DNA from: an uncultured Clostridia bacterium
Lineage (GTDB): Bacteria; Bacillota; Clostridia; Christensenellales; UBA1242
Direction: 5' to 3'
NCBI GenBank assembly: GCA_944349915.1
Contig: CALVNU010000001.1
Coordinates: forward strand, 1 to 34,521
DNA length: 34,521 nt
In this document: positions 8,195-15,739 of the stretch, piece by piece
Numbering within the stretch: position 1 is the stretch's first letter
How the letters are laid out: every line of letters starts with the position of its first letter
Made by a program: the position numbers and the translations under genes
The notes under the pieces: generated by a model
Database searches by the model: none
What the model was told of the DNA's origin: nothing
The model's input: only the letters and a program-made list of their open reading frames with translations

Positions 8195-8223
8195 ACATCA
8201 AAGTTTAAACTTTGGTGTTTTTT
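8195..8223 (+). terminator. intrinsic terminator after the membrane protein gene
   Basis: ACATCAAAGT (8195..8204), TTAA loop, ACTTTGGTGT (8209..8218, one G-T pair), then a T-run. Confidence 0.7.
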
Positions 8224-8224
8224 G

Positions 8225-8253
8225 TTGCACATTTTGCCAAAATTTGTTAAAAT
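8225..8253 (+). promoter_or_regulatory. promoter of engB, -10 only 6 nt from the ATG
   Basis: TTGCAC (8225..8230), 17-nt spacer, TGT-TAAAAT (8245..8253). The ATG is at 8260. Confidence 0.5.
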
Positions 8254-8259
8254 GGTGCT

Positions 8260-8844
8260 ATGAATATTGTAAATGCAGTTTATTTTACAAGTGCGGTGGA
8301 CAGGACAGGGCTTGTTGCAGACGAAAAAGCACAATTTGCTTTTGTTGGCAGAAGTAATGTCGGAAAAAGTTCGCTTATCAATCGCCTTGTCAATCAAAAA
8401 AGACTGGCAAAAACTTCATCAACACCAGGGCTTACCAAAATGGTAAACTATTTTTTGGTTAACAACAATTTTTATTTTGTTGACTTGCCAGGTTATGGCT
8501 TTGCAAAAACAAGCCATAAAAGCAAAACGATTTGGGCAGAAGTTATAAACGCATATCTTTCAAACAACAAAAATTTGCTGTGCGTGTTTGTGTTGTTAGA
8601 CATAAGGCATAAACCAAGTGCGCTTGACGGGGCAATGATAAAATATTTGCTAGCCTGTGGAATCTCATTTAAGATTGTGCTTACCAAAGCAGATAAGATT
8701 GCCAAAAGCAAGATTTTTCAAGCGGTGCAGTCAATTGCAAGGCAACTTGGCATAAGAAGCGAAGCGTGTGTTGCAGTAAGTGCAGAAAACGGCTATGGCA
8801 TAGAAAATCTTCTTCAATTTATTGAAGGCAAACTTGAGGCTTAG
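8260..8844 (+). CDS. engB: ribosome biogenesis GTP-binding protein YsxC/YihA
   Basis: G1 GRSNVGKSSLIN, G3 DLPGYG and G4 TKADK motifs; 194 aa. Confidence 0.92.
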   Translation: MNIVNAVYFTSAVDRTGLVADEKAQFAFVGRSNVGKSSLINRLVNQKRLAKTSSTPGLTKMVNYFLVNNNFYFVDLPGYGFAKTSHKSKTIWAEVINAYLSNNKNLLCVFVLLDIRHKPSALDGAMIKYLLACGISFKIVLTKADKIAKSKIFQAVQSIARQLGIRSEACVAVSAENGYGIENLLQFIEGKLEA

Positions 8845-8846
8845 GT

Positions 8847-10034
8847 GTGGAACGGTTAAAGATAGAAGAAATCGGTTATGGTGGAGAGGGCGCTGGCAAA
8901 CTTAATGGCAAGGTCTGTTTTGCCAAGTTTGCTTTGCCAGGAGAGATTGTTCAAATTGAGATAACCAAAAACAAAAAGTGGTTTTGTGAGGGCGCGCTCA
9001 AGGCGGTTTTAGAGCCAAGCCCAAGGCGAGTCAAACCTTTGTGCCCATACTTTTCTGTTTGTGGTGGCTGTGATTTTCAACATGTAAGTTATTCTAACGA
9101 ACTTGAGATAAAAAAAGAAATTCTTTCAAAGCAACTAAACAAAATAGGGCAAAACATTCCAGTCAAAGTTGTTGCGAGCGGTAAAGAATATTTTTATCGC
9201 AACAAAATCAAACTTGTAAACAAAAATGGGCTAGGTTACCATGATATTTTTGGCAATATTGTTTTGATTGAGAATTGTCCGCTTGCAGAAAAGCAAATCG
9301 ACAGTTCAATCGGAACAATTTCCCAGTTCTTAAAAACATACAATTTGCCAATCGATTTTGTTGAAATAAAGGTGCAAAATAACGTCCGCCTTGTCAATTT
9401 TTTTGCAAAAAGAAAGATTATGATAGATGTCAAACCGCTTGCAACAGTGCTTGACAACACCCAATTTTTTTTGACTGTGCAAAACAAAAGCCTTTTACTT
9501 TTTGATAGCAGTAAAAAAGATATAATCAATCCAAATGTTTTTCATCAAGTCAACAATCAAGTTGCCGATGCGCTCTACAAAAGAGCAGTTCAAAATATTG
9601 CTGGCATGACTGTTGCAAATTGTTATAGTGGAGCCGGGCTTTTTAGCGCTATGTTGCTAACAAATGGCGCAAAAAAGGTCTTTGGACTGGAATTGGGCAA
9701 GAATGAACATAACGAGGCAGAGAGACTTAAAAAAAGCCTAAACCTTGACAATCTTACAAATATACAGGGCGATTGCGCAAAAACTTTGCAAACCGTTGCT
9801 GGTCAAGTTGATATAATAATTGTTGACCCACCACGCGCTGGCATGAGCGAAAAAGTTTGCCAAAGCATTGACAATTCAAAGGCCAAATCTTTGATTTATA
9901 TTTCATGCAATCACGCAACCTTCACTCGCGACTGTGGCAGGTTGAAAAATTATCAACTTAAAAAGATTGAAATTTTTGACATGTTTCCCAAAACTGCAAA
10001 TTTTGAAATTTTTGCAATATTATGCCGAAAATAG
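8847..10034 (+). CDS. 23S rRNA (uracil-C5)-methyltransferase, RumA/RlmD/RlmCD family (TRAM domain, Fe-S cysteines, SAM methyltransferase)
   Basis: GTG start 7 nt after GAGG. CPYFSVCGGCDFQH cluster motif, VDPPRAGM motif IV and the catalytic Cys context YISCNHATFTRD. Confidence 0.85.
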   Translation: MERLKIEEIGYGGEGAGKLNGKVCFAKFALPGEIVQIEITKNKKWFCEGALKAVLEPSPRRVKPLCPYFSVCGGCDFQHVSYSNELEIKKEILSKQLNKIGQNIPVKVVASGKEYFYRNKIKLVNKNGLGYHDIFGNIVLIENCPLAEKQIDSSIGTISQFLKTYNLPIDFVEIKVQNNVRLVNFFAKRKIMIDVKPLATVLDNTQFFLTVQNKSLLLFDSSKKDIINPNVFHQVNNQVADALYKRAVQNIAGMTVANCYSGAGLFSAMLLTNGAKKVFGLELGKNEHNEAERLKKSLNLDNLTNIQGDCAKTLQTVAGQVDIIIVDPPRAGMSEKVCQSIDNSKAKSLIYISCNHATFTRDCGRLKNYQLKKIEIFDMFPKTANFEIFAILCRK

Positions 10035-10079
10035 TTTTTGTTTTTTGCATTTTGTGTTATACTAATTTTGAGGTGAATT

Positions 10080-10646
10080 ATGGCTGGTAATGCTTACAAA
10101 CATGGGCTTCGTCCTAAAGTTATCGCATATCAAGAGGCTTTCGACCGCTTTGTTGCCGAACGCAAAACAATCAACACGGCAATAGATAAAGGGACAGTTG
10201 CTTCCGCTTTTAACCAACTTATTGACAAATCTATGCACCAAGATGCAGTTGCAATGGATGTGCTTGCTTATTATTATAAATCTGGCATAACCAACTTTTT
10301 GCCAGAAAATTATACAAAATATTTGCACTATGAACTGCTTGCCTGCGCAAAAGGAAACAACTTTGCAATCGACAAAATGCAATTTTTGTTTACCAATGTT
10401 TACAATCAAATTTTAGATAGTGAAGACCTTGATGTGATTGTTTATCTTAATGATGTAACCGAAGACAATTTTGCCTTTATTTTTGGCAAGGAAATAGCAA
10501 AGGTAATGGTTAAAAAATATTCTATCAATGCAGAAGACCTTGCAAATCAACCAAACGAAAAAGTTCCATTTAAAAACGAGATGTTGATAGAATTTAAAAA
10601 AGACTTGCAAGACGCAACTCCAGAAATCATCGAAAAACTAAAATAA
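10080..10646 (+). CDS. hypothetical protein, 188 aa, possibly one Sel1-like repeat
   Basis: GAGGTG RBS 4 nt before the ATG. The segment AMDVLAYYYKSGITNFLPENYTKYLHYELLACAKGNNFAIDKM loosely resembles a Sel1/TPR-like repeat. No other motif was recognised. Confidence 0.55.
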   Translation: MAGNAYKHGLRPKVIAYQEAFDRFVAERKTINTAIDKGTVASAFNQLIDKSMHQDAVAMDVLAYYYKSGITNFLPENYTKYLHYELLACAKGNNFAIDKMQFLFTNVYNQILDSEDLDVIVYLNDVTEDNFAFIFGKEIAKVMVKKYSINAEDLANQPNEKVPFKNEMLIEFKKDLQDATPEIIEKLK

Positions 10647-10650
10647 AAAA

Positions 10651-10668
10651 AGCAAGATTAGTCTTGCT
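10651..10668. terminator. hairpin AGCAAGA-TTAG-TCTTGCT preceded by an A-run (T-run on the minus strand)
   Basis: A 7-bp perfect stem sits directly after the 10646 stop. It is a poor plus-strand terminator (followed by TGGTTTG) and a better one on the minus strand. Confidence 0.4.
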
Positions 10669-10826
10669 TGGTTTGCAGACAAATTATCTTCCTGCAAAAG
10701 AACAAATGAGAAAAGGCTGGAGAAACGCTCAATGCCAGGAGATTAATTTTCCCAAATTACAAATTTGAGCGTTTTTTAGTAAACAATATAAGAAAATATT
10801 TGCAAAATTTAACGATTTTTTGTTAC

Positions 10827-10850
10827 AGCAAGAGTAGTCTTGCTTTTTTT
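10827..10850 (+). terminator. intrinsic terminator, second copy of the same hairpin
   Basis: AGCAAGA (10827..10833), GTAG loop, TCTTGCT (10838..10844), running into 7 T. Confidence 0.65.
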
Positions 10851-10889
10851 ATGCAAAACATTGCGAAAAGCAATCTTTTTATTTTCTAT

Positions 10890-11324
10890 TTATTCAAAAA
10901 TATTTTTGCTTAAAATTAGCCGGTCGGTTATCATGCGCTCAAGTTCGCCACCATGGTTGCTGGTCTTTGAAAGTTCAAACAGCGACATGATAAGTCCGCT
11001 TTCATTTCCTATATAACGCAAAAATATTTTTGATTTATCTCCTTTTGGGGCAGGCGTGAATGGCAATTTAATATTATATATTTCTTCAAAAGCCTTTATC
11101 TGTTTGCAGGTGAGCGTGTATAAACGAAATGTGTTTAAAAAACCACCCAAACAAAATAGCAAACGATTTACTGTTGAAAAATATTGTATTGCCTTTTCCA
11201 CCTTTTCACTGTCATCTTCGGCATTTATCAACTTAAACCGATTTTCGCCAAAACTGTTCATATATTCTCGTGCAATTTTTTCATATTCATCTATTGTAAG
11301 AATTTTATCATCTTCATACAACAT
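10890..11324 (-). CDS. hypothetical protein, 144 aa, downstream of the coupling-protein gene
   Basis: GAGGGA RBS 6 nt before the ATG. No recognisable motif. Confidence 0.55.
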   Translation of the reverse strand: MLYEDDKILTIDEYEKIAREYMNSFGENRFKLINAEDDSEKVEKAIQYFSTVNRLLFCLGGFLNTFRLYTLTCKQIKAFEEIYNIKLPFTPAPKGDKSKIFLRYIGNESGLIMSLFELSKTSNHGGELERMITDRLILSKNIFE

Positions 11325-11541
11325 GCTTTTCCCTCTGACTTTATTTATTCATTAGCCATCTTTTTTGTGTTTAAAATTTAACTTTTTTAAAATTAACACC
11401 TCAAATTTATTTTACAAGAAAATTAAGAAAGAAGATTATCTGCAAGGGGAATGGCTTGTAACAATTGTTTGCATAAAGATTTTGAAGAAATTTAATCACC
11501 AAATTGTTTAAAAGATGGCGAAAATTATAGCAAAAAGCAAT

Positions 11542-11567
11542 AAAAAAAAGCCCAAGCGGGCTTTTTT
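11542..11567. terminator. bidirectional intrinsic terminator (A-run, GCCC-AAGC-GGGC, T-run)
   Basis: AAAAAAAAGCCCAAGCGGGCTTTTTT lies 20 nt downstream of the coupling-protein stop on the minus strand. Confidence 0.7.
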
Positions 11568-11586
11568 AAAATCTATCAAATAATTT

Positions 11587-13596
11587 TTAAAATCTATCAA
11601 ATGGGCTTCTTGGTTTAAGATTAAGAACCAATCTGTTTCTCTCTTTAACATCGTAATACAATTTTTTTGCATCAAGTTTTTTAGATATTCCCATTTCTTT
11701 TGTCGCCTTAGATTTAATCATGCAATCTGCAGCCCAGAAAGGTGTCATCTTGTCTTTTACAATATCTTTTGAGAACACTTTGGCAATAATTGTCCATTTT
11801 GGCAGAGTTCTAAGTTCACTTTCTTCAACAAGTGGACGGCGTGTTCTTTGAGTGCTGGTGTTGGTGGTTGTCCCAGAATCGCCTTTGTCTGATTTTGATT
11901 TGCTCTCTTCGCTATGAAACACAGTGATTTCTCCGCAAGATTTTGAAAAGGCTTGAATTGTTTGATCATCTTCCGAACCAAGGAATATTTGTGTCTGGAA
12001 GTTTCCTCGAATGTTTGTTGCTTCGTCTGCTCCGTATTTTATGTCAAGTTGTTTGTAAGACTGCAAGATAATTTCAAAGAATATTTTTCTTGAGCGGGCA
12101 ACTGTAACCATTGTTCCAAAGCCTTCAATTTTTGGCATGTTACCAAATTCGTCAAGAACAAAATATACAGGTCTTGGTAGAGATTGATTTGGGCTTGAGT
12201 TTGCAACATCAACAAGGGTTCTGTATAATTGATTGATACAAAGCACTGCAAGGTGATGTCTTTCAACTTTGTGATCTGGTATTTTTAAGAAAAATGCGGT
12301 AGGTTGTTGCGGTATTTCTTTAAAGTTAAGGTCTGTGGCACTTGTCATGTATAAGATACCTTCATCGGTTAGTGAGCCGAGCATAGTTCCAAGTTGACCA
12401 AGGAAAGATGCTTGAGTTACAGAACTTGTTCCGCAAATTGTTTGCATAAGTTGGTGCACGCTAGAGTTGATTTCATCTCTGCCTTCTGAATATGCCGACA
12501 ATGTTTTTAAAGCACTGTCTCGGTCGGACATTTTTGGGTCACGAATATTTGCAATCTTTGTCATGTTGAAGAAATTAAATTTTTCTTTGGTCATGCCAAG
12601 TCTAGGGTCGCGACTGTCTTCAAGCATCGCCTGCATAATTCCAAGGATAAAGTCTTGACAACCACGCGACCAAGAAGGGTCTTTTGCGCCTTCATCAACA
12701 GGGGCAATGGCAATTGCTACATTTCGAAGTTCTGCTTTTGCTTGAACTTCAAGTTGTCGTTTTCTTGCCTCAAGTTCTTCACGCAAAACTTCATTGTTAG
12801 GAAAGGCTTTGCCCTCAAATCCATACCACACATCGCCATAAGTTGCGCCTTTCACCATCTCGGCGGAGAAAGTCTTGTATCCTGCATCTTCCGGGGTTAT
12901 GTTGGTAAATTTTTTAACTTCATCTCCAAGTTTTGTTGCTCTTTGATAAAGGTCAAAAGCATTTTCCATAGGGTTCCATCTTGAAGATGAGAAAGGGTCG
13001 TCAATGTCAAGCACCATAATGCGATAGCCCTCTTTTTTTAGCACATTTGCGTGGTCGCGGTAAAGTTCGCCTTTTGGGTCGGAGATAACCAAACTAGGTT
13101 TTTGGCCAGAATGAGCAAAAATTCTAATGGTTGGGCTTACTAATGACTGGGTTTTTCCGACACCGGTTGTTCCTAATACAAGTGCGTGATTTTCTTCTTT
13201 CATGCAAATGTTCAAGCTTCCGCGCTCTTCTTTGATATAGAATGGGAATCCTGTTTTTTTAATGTTTGGCAGGTTGCGCCAGTTTGTAAAAATAAGGTCT
13301 TTGTCATTTTCAAGGTCTTCTTTGGTCAAAAATTTAGAGTCATGGTTGATTTCAAATGTTTCACCTGTTGAAGTTTGACCTTCGTTATCATATTTTTTAT
13401 CTTTAATTTTGCTTGTAAGCCCAAATATAAAACCACCAGCAGCACCAACGGCAGCAAGGGCAATACTAGGCACTGCTTGCAATGCTTCTACAATGTTTTG
13501 GTCGGTTGCTGCAAAGTATGAAATTGCAACTCCAATGCCATATCCAAAAATAGCAAAGACAAGCATCAAGATTAAAGACAATCTAAATTTTTTCAT
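11587..13596 (-). CDS. type IV secretion/conjugation coupling protein, TraG/TraD/VirD4 family ATPase with two N-terminal TM helices
   Basis: Start moved to ATG 13596..13594 (MKKFRLSL...), which sits 6 nt after GAAGGAGAG. Walker A is LVLGTTGVGKTQSLV and Walker B is VYFVLDEFGNMPKI. The TraG-D_C-like tail reads VARSRKIFFEIILQSYKQLDIKYG...IFLGSED. 669 aa. Confidence 0.85.
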   Translation of the reverse strand: MKKFRLSLILMLVFAIFGYGIGVAISYFAATDQNIVEALQAVPSIALAAVGAAGGFIFGLTSKIKDKKYDNEGQTSTGETFEINHDSKFLTKEDLENDKDLIFTNWRNLPNIKKTGFPFYIKEERGSLNICMKEENHALVLGTTGVGKTQSLVSPTIRIFAHSGQKPSLVISDPKGELYRDHANVLKKEGYRIMVLDIDDPFSSSRWNPMENAFDLYQRATKLGDEVKKFTNITPEDAGYKTFSAEMVKGATYGDVWYGFEGKAFPNNEVLREELEARKRQLEVQAKAELRNVAIAIAPVDEGAKDPSWSRGCQDFILGIMQAMLEDSRDPRLGMTKEKFNFFNMTKIANIRDPKMSDRDSALKTLSAYSEGRDEINSSVHQLMQTICGTSSVTQASFLGQLGTMLGSLTDEGILYMTSATDLNFKEIPQQPTAFFLKIPDHKVERHHLAVLCINQLYRTLVDVANSSPNQSLPRPVYFVLDEFGNMPKIEGFGTMVTVARSRKIFFEIILQSYKQLDIKYGADEATNIRGNFQTQIFLGSEDDQTIQAFSKSCGEITVFHSEESKSKSDKGDSGTTTNTSTQRTRRPLVEESELRTLPKWTIIAKVFSKDIVKDKMTPFWAADCMIKSKATKEMGISKKLDAKKLYYDVKERNRLVLNLKPRSPFDRF

Positions 13597-13631
13597 ATTC
13601 TCTCCTTCTACGGAAACTATCTTATATATAA

Positions 13632-13660
13632 AGAATATCACTATTTTTATAAAAAATCAA
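13632..13660 (-). promoter_or_regulatory. candidate promoter of the coupling-protein gene
   Basis: On the minus strand: TTGATT (13660..13655), 17-nt spacer, TGA-TATTCT (-10 at 13637..13632). Confidence 0.4.
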
Positions 13661-13709
13661 ATAATTGATTAATAAAATAAAGTAAAAACAGAAAAAATTA
13701 ACAATAAAC

Positions 13710-13738
13710 TTGATTTTTTATGCAAAAAGCAATATAAT
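13710..13738 (+). promoter_or_regulatory. near-consensus promoter pointing at the tRNA, 209 nt upstream of it
   Basis: TTGATT (13710..13715), 17-nt spacer, TATAAT (13733..13738). Confidence 0.55.
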
Positions 13739-13946
13739 ACAAGTGTTTTTGTGGAAAAGCATATGCCTGCATTTTACTAGCATAGATAGTGCTTTATACC
13801 AAAACAAATAAAAGCCCATCAAATGTAAAACAACATAAGATAAAACCGCTTTACAGCCACCAGTTATATCTCTGTAGAAAAGTTGGATATCACAATTGAT
13901 TTCGGATTGCATTGCAAGGGGAATGACAATCAAAAATATCGTATTT

Positions 13947-14021
13947 GCTCCCATGGTGTAGTGGATAACACAATGGTCTTCGGAACCATTGAGGAGGGTT
14001 CGAGTCCTTCTGGGAGCGCCA
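13947..14021 (+). tRNA. tRNA-Arg, anticodon TCG, CCA encoded
   Basis: Hand-folded cloverleaf: acceptor GCTCCCA/TGGGAGC; D stem GTGT/ACAC with loop AGTGGATA (G18 G19 A20); anticodon stem ATGGT/ACCAT with loop CTTCGGA (U33, anticodon TCG, G37); 4-nt variable loop; T arm GAGGG-TTCGAGT-CCTTC; discriminator G; CCA. Confidence 0.8.
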
Positions 14022-14042
14022 CTAAATTTTTGTGAGGTTAAT

Positions 14043-14537
14043 ATGAATTTGAGATATAGAGAACTTGACAATGACGATTTTTATACTTGGGAAAAGATGG
14101 CACGACCTCTATTTAGTGAAGACGATTTTTGTGATGCAGATTATCTAGTTCAACTTGGGAATAAGTTGAAAGGCTGGGTTCTCTTAGACAATAATAATGA
14201 GTGGATCGGCTGTTGTTTTATTGACAACAAAAAGCACCTATATAATGAACAAGGTATTCACTTTCTTGAAGTATGTACATTTCCAAAATATAGAAATAGG
14301 GGATATGGCAAATGCCTTATGAAAATTATGTTTGACAATTCTTTATCAAAAACGAAATCAGTTTGTATTGCTCCAGATAATATACCTTCCAAAAAACTTT
14401 TTGAAAAATATGGTTTTACAAAATATTGCAAACGTAAATGCTGGGAAGTTTATCTTTGTGACAAAGATTTTTATCCTGACAAGTTAAAAAATTTAAAAAT
14501 GATTAAAATTGAAAAATCGCAAGAAATTGAAAGATAA
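14043..14537 (+). CDS. GNAT-family N-acetyltransferase
   Basis: ATG 14043 follows GAGGT. Motif A is FPKYRNRGYGKCLM and the downstream NIPSKKLFEKYGF is GNAT-typical. The track start at 13989 overlaps the tRNA and was discarded. Confidence 0.72.
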   Translation: MNLRYRELDNDDFYTWEKMARPLFSEDDFCDADYLVQLGNKLKGWVLLDNNNEWIGCCFIDNKKHLYNEQGIHFLEVCTFPKYRNRGYGKCLMKIMFDNSLSKTKSVCIAPDNIPSKKLFEKYGFTKYCKRKCWEVYLCDKDFYPDKLKNLKMIKIEKSQEIER

Positions 14538-14592
14538 TATATTAGCAATTTTATTTTGTTTTGTCAACTAATTGCTAATATATTATCTTTTT
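14535..14592 (+). terminator. intrinsic terminator with a 16-bp perfect stem
   Basis: TAATATATTAGCAATT (14535..14550) pairs with AATTGCTAATATATTA (14570..14585) across a 19-nt loop, followed by TCTTTTT. The left arm contains the stop codon. Confidence 0.7.
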
Positions 14593-14661
14593 AATTTTAG
14601 CGATTTTAAAGTTTTTGTTTTTCTTTGGTGGAAGATGTAATTTTTTATTTTTGCTCATAAT

Positions 14662-15447
14662 TTACTCTTTGTTACCCAAATATTTTATCATTTTAAATTC
14701 TTCACAAATTATATCAATATTATCATTGAACGGGATTCCTTTTAATAATAGTTCTTTTGAAAAGAATTCTTTATGAATTGATTTCCAAGATTTTAAAGTT
14801 CTATCTTTTTCTCCTTCTTTGAACGCGTGTTCTTCTGTAGCTTTATCAAAAGTTGTTTTGTAAATTTTGGTTGTTTGTAAAATTATTTTTTTAGTTTTAT
14901 CCCAATTAGCAAGAATTGAAAATCCTGTATTTAGTTTATCATTTTTATTGTATAAATATGAAGTGGCAGTTTTATCACCTTTTACTACAAGATCAAATAA
15001 TTCATCTGCCATTTTTTTGTTATCACCAAAATGCCAGTCCACAATGTCTTGTTGAAATCGTAGTAAATATCCATCAGGGTCTTGAACCAAAAACTCCAAA
15101 ACATGATTTATAATATCGTTTTCTTGATAATCACTAACTAGCAGATCAATAAAAATTTTAATATTATGTTGTTTTAATGAATTATAAACTTGTGAAATAT
15201 CTGGTAATATTATTTGAAAATTTACACCTCTACCTAAAGGGTATTTCATATCATCTGTTACATTCCAACTTCCATTAGATGAAGGAAGAGTTAATTGTTG
15301 CAACATAATTTGACAATTGCCTAAAACAAGCATTGCGAAATCATTTCTTGCATATGCTATTTCAAAACCTAAAATTTCCGTGTAAAATTTTTTTGATTTT
15401 TCTAAATCAAAAACTCTTAATTCTGGGATTAAACAATTAAAATTCAT
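14662..15447 (-). CDS. two-domain protein: N-terminal glyoxalase/bleomycin-resistance (VOC) fold plus C-terminal ASCH domain
   Basis: The N-terminus LRVFDLEKSKKFYTEILGFEI...DPDGYLLRF is VOC-like. The C-terminal half, ELFDLVVKGDKTATSYLY...KEGEKDRTLKSWKSIHKEFF, is ASCH-like. An AAAGGAA RBS is present. Confidence 0.7.
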   Translation of the reverse strand: MNFNCLIPELRVFDLEKSKKFYTEILGFEIAYARNDFAMLVLGNCQIMLQQLTLPSSNGSWNVTDDMKYPLGRGVNFQIILPDISQVYNSLKQHNIKIFIDLLVSDYQENDIINHVLEFLVQDPDGYLLRFQQDIVDWHFGDNKKMADELFDLVVKGDKTATSYLYNKNDKLNTGFSILANWDKTKKIILQTTKIYKTTFDKATEEHAFKEGEKDRTLKSWKSIHKEFFSKELLLKGIPFNDNIDIICEEFKMIKYLGNKE

Positions 15448-15704
15448 ATAAAATTCCTTTTTCTAATATGGATTATATCATAAATTAAACATAAATCTAA
15501 TAACTGTTACAAATTTTTGCAGGAAAAATGCAAGATTTTTGCAAATGGACTGTTTTGTGCTGTTTTTTTTGCCTGTTTAATTTGTTTATTTTCTAAATAG
15601 TAAAAAAACAGTTTTATTTGCTTTTTGTCTATAAAATGCGTTTTTTAGTTTAATGTCAAATGTAAATAAACCGCAGGGATTGTTATATATTTTTTTAAAT
15701 TTTG

Positions 15705-15732
15705 TTGATAATTTTGCAAAATGTGGTATTAT
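15705..15732 (+). promoter_or_regulatory. promoter of the transglutaminase-like gene, -10 only 7 nt from the ATG
   Basis: TTGATA (15705..15710), 16-nt spacer, TGG-TATTAT (15724..15732). The ATG is at 15740. Confidence 0.45.
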
Positions 15733-15739
15733 ATATTAT

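Noticed and set aside
13718-14071. Track ORF 13718..14071 (-) and the 18-codon N-terminal extension of the GNAT ORF (13989..14042)
   Set aside because: Both overlap the well-folded tRNA at 13947..14021. The GNAT gene has a proper GAGGT RBS before ATG 14043.
14043-14537. GNAT next to a tRNA as a TacT/AtaT-type toxin-antitoxin module
   Set aside because: There is no small RHH or DUF1778-type antitoxin ORF upstream or downstream. The gene is monocistronic between the tRNA and a strong terminator.
15528-15596. 22-codon Cys-rich hydrophobic ORF (MQDFCKWTVLCCFFCLFNLFIF) in the divergent intergenic region
   Set aside because: It lies in T-rich sequence that yields F/C/L codons by composition alone. 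The AGGA sits only 3-4 nt from the ATG. The surrounding TTGCA/TGCAA half-sites (about 15516, 15529, 15539) suggest operator-like DNA rather than coding. There is no way to support it from sequence alone.
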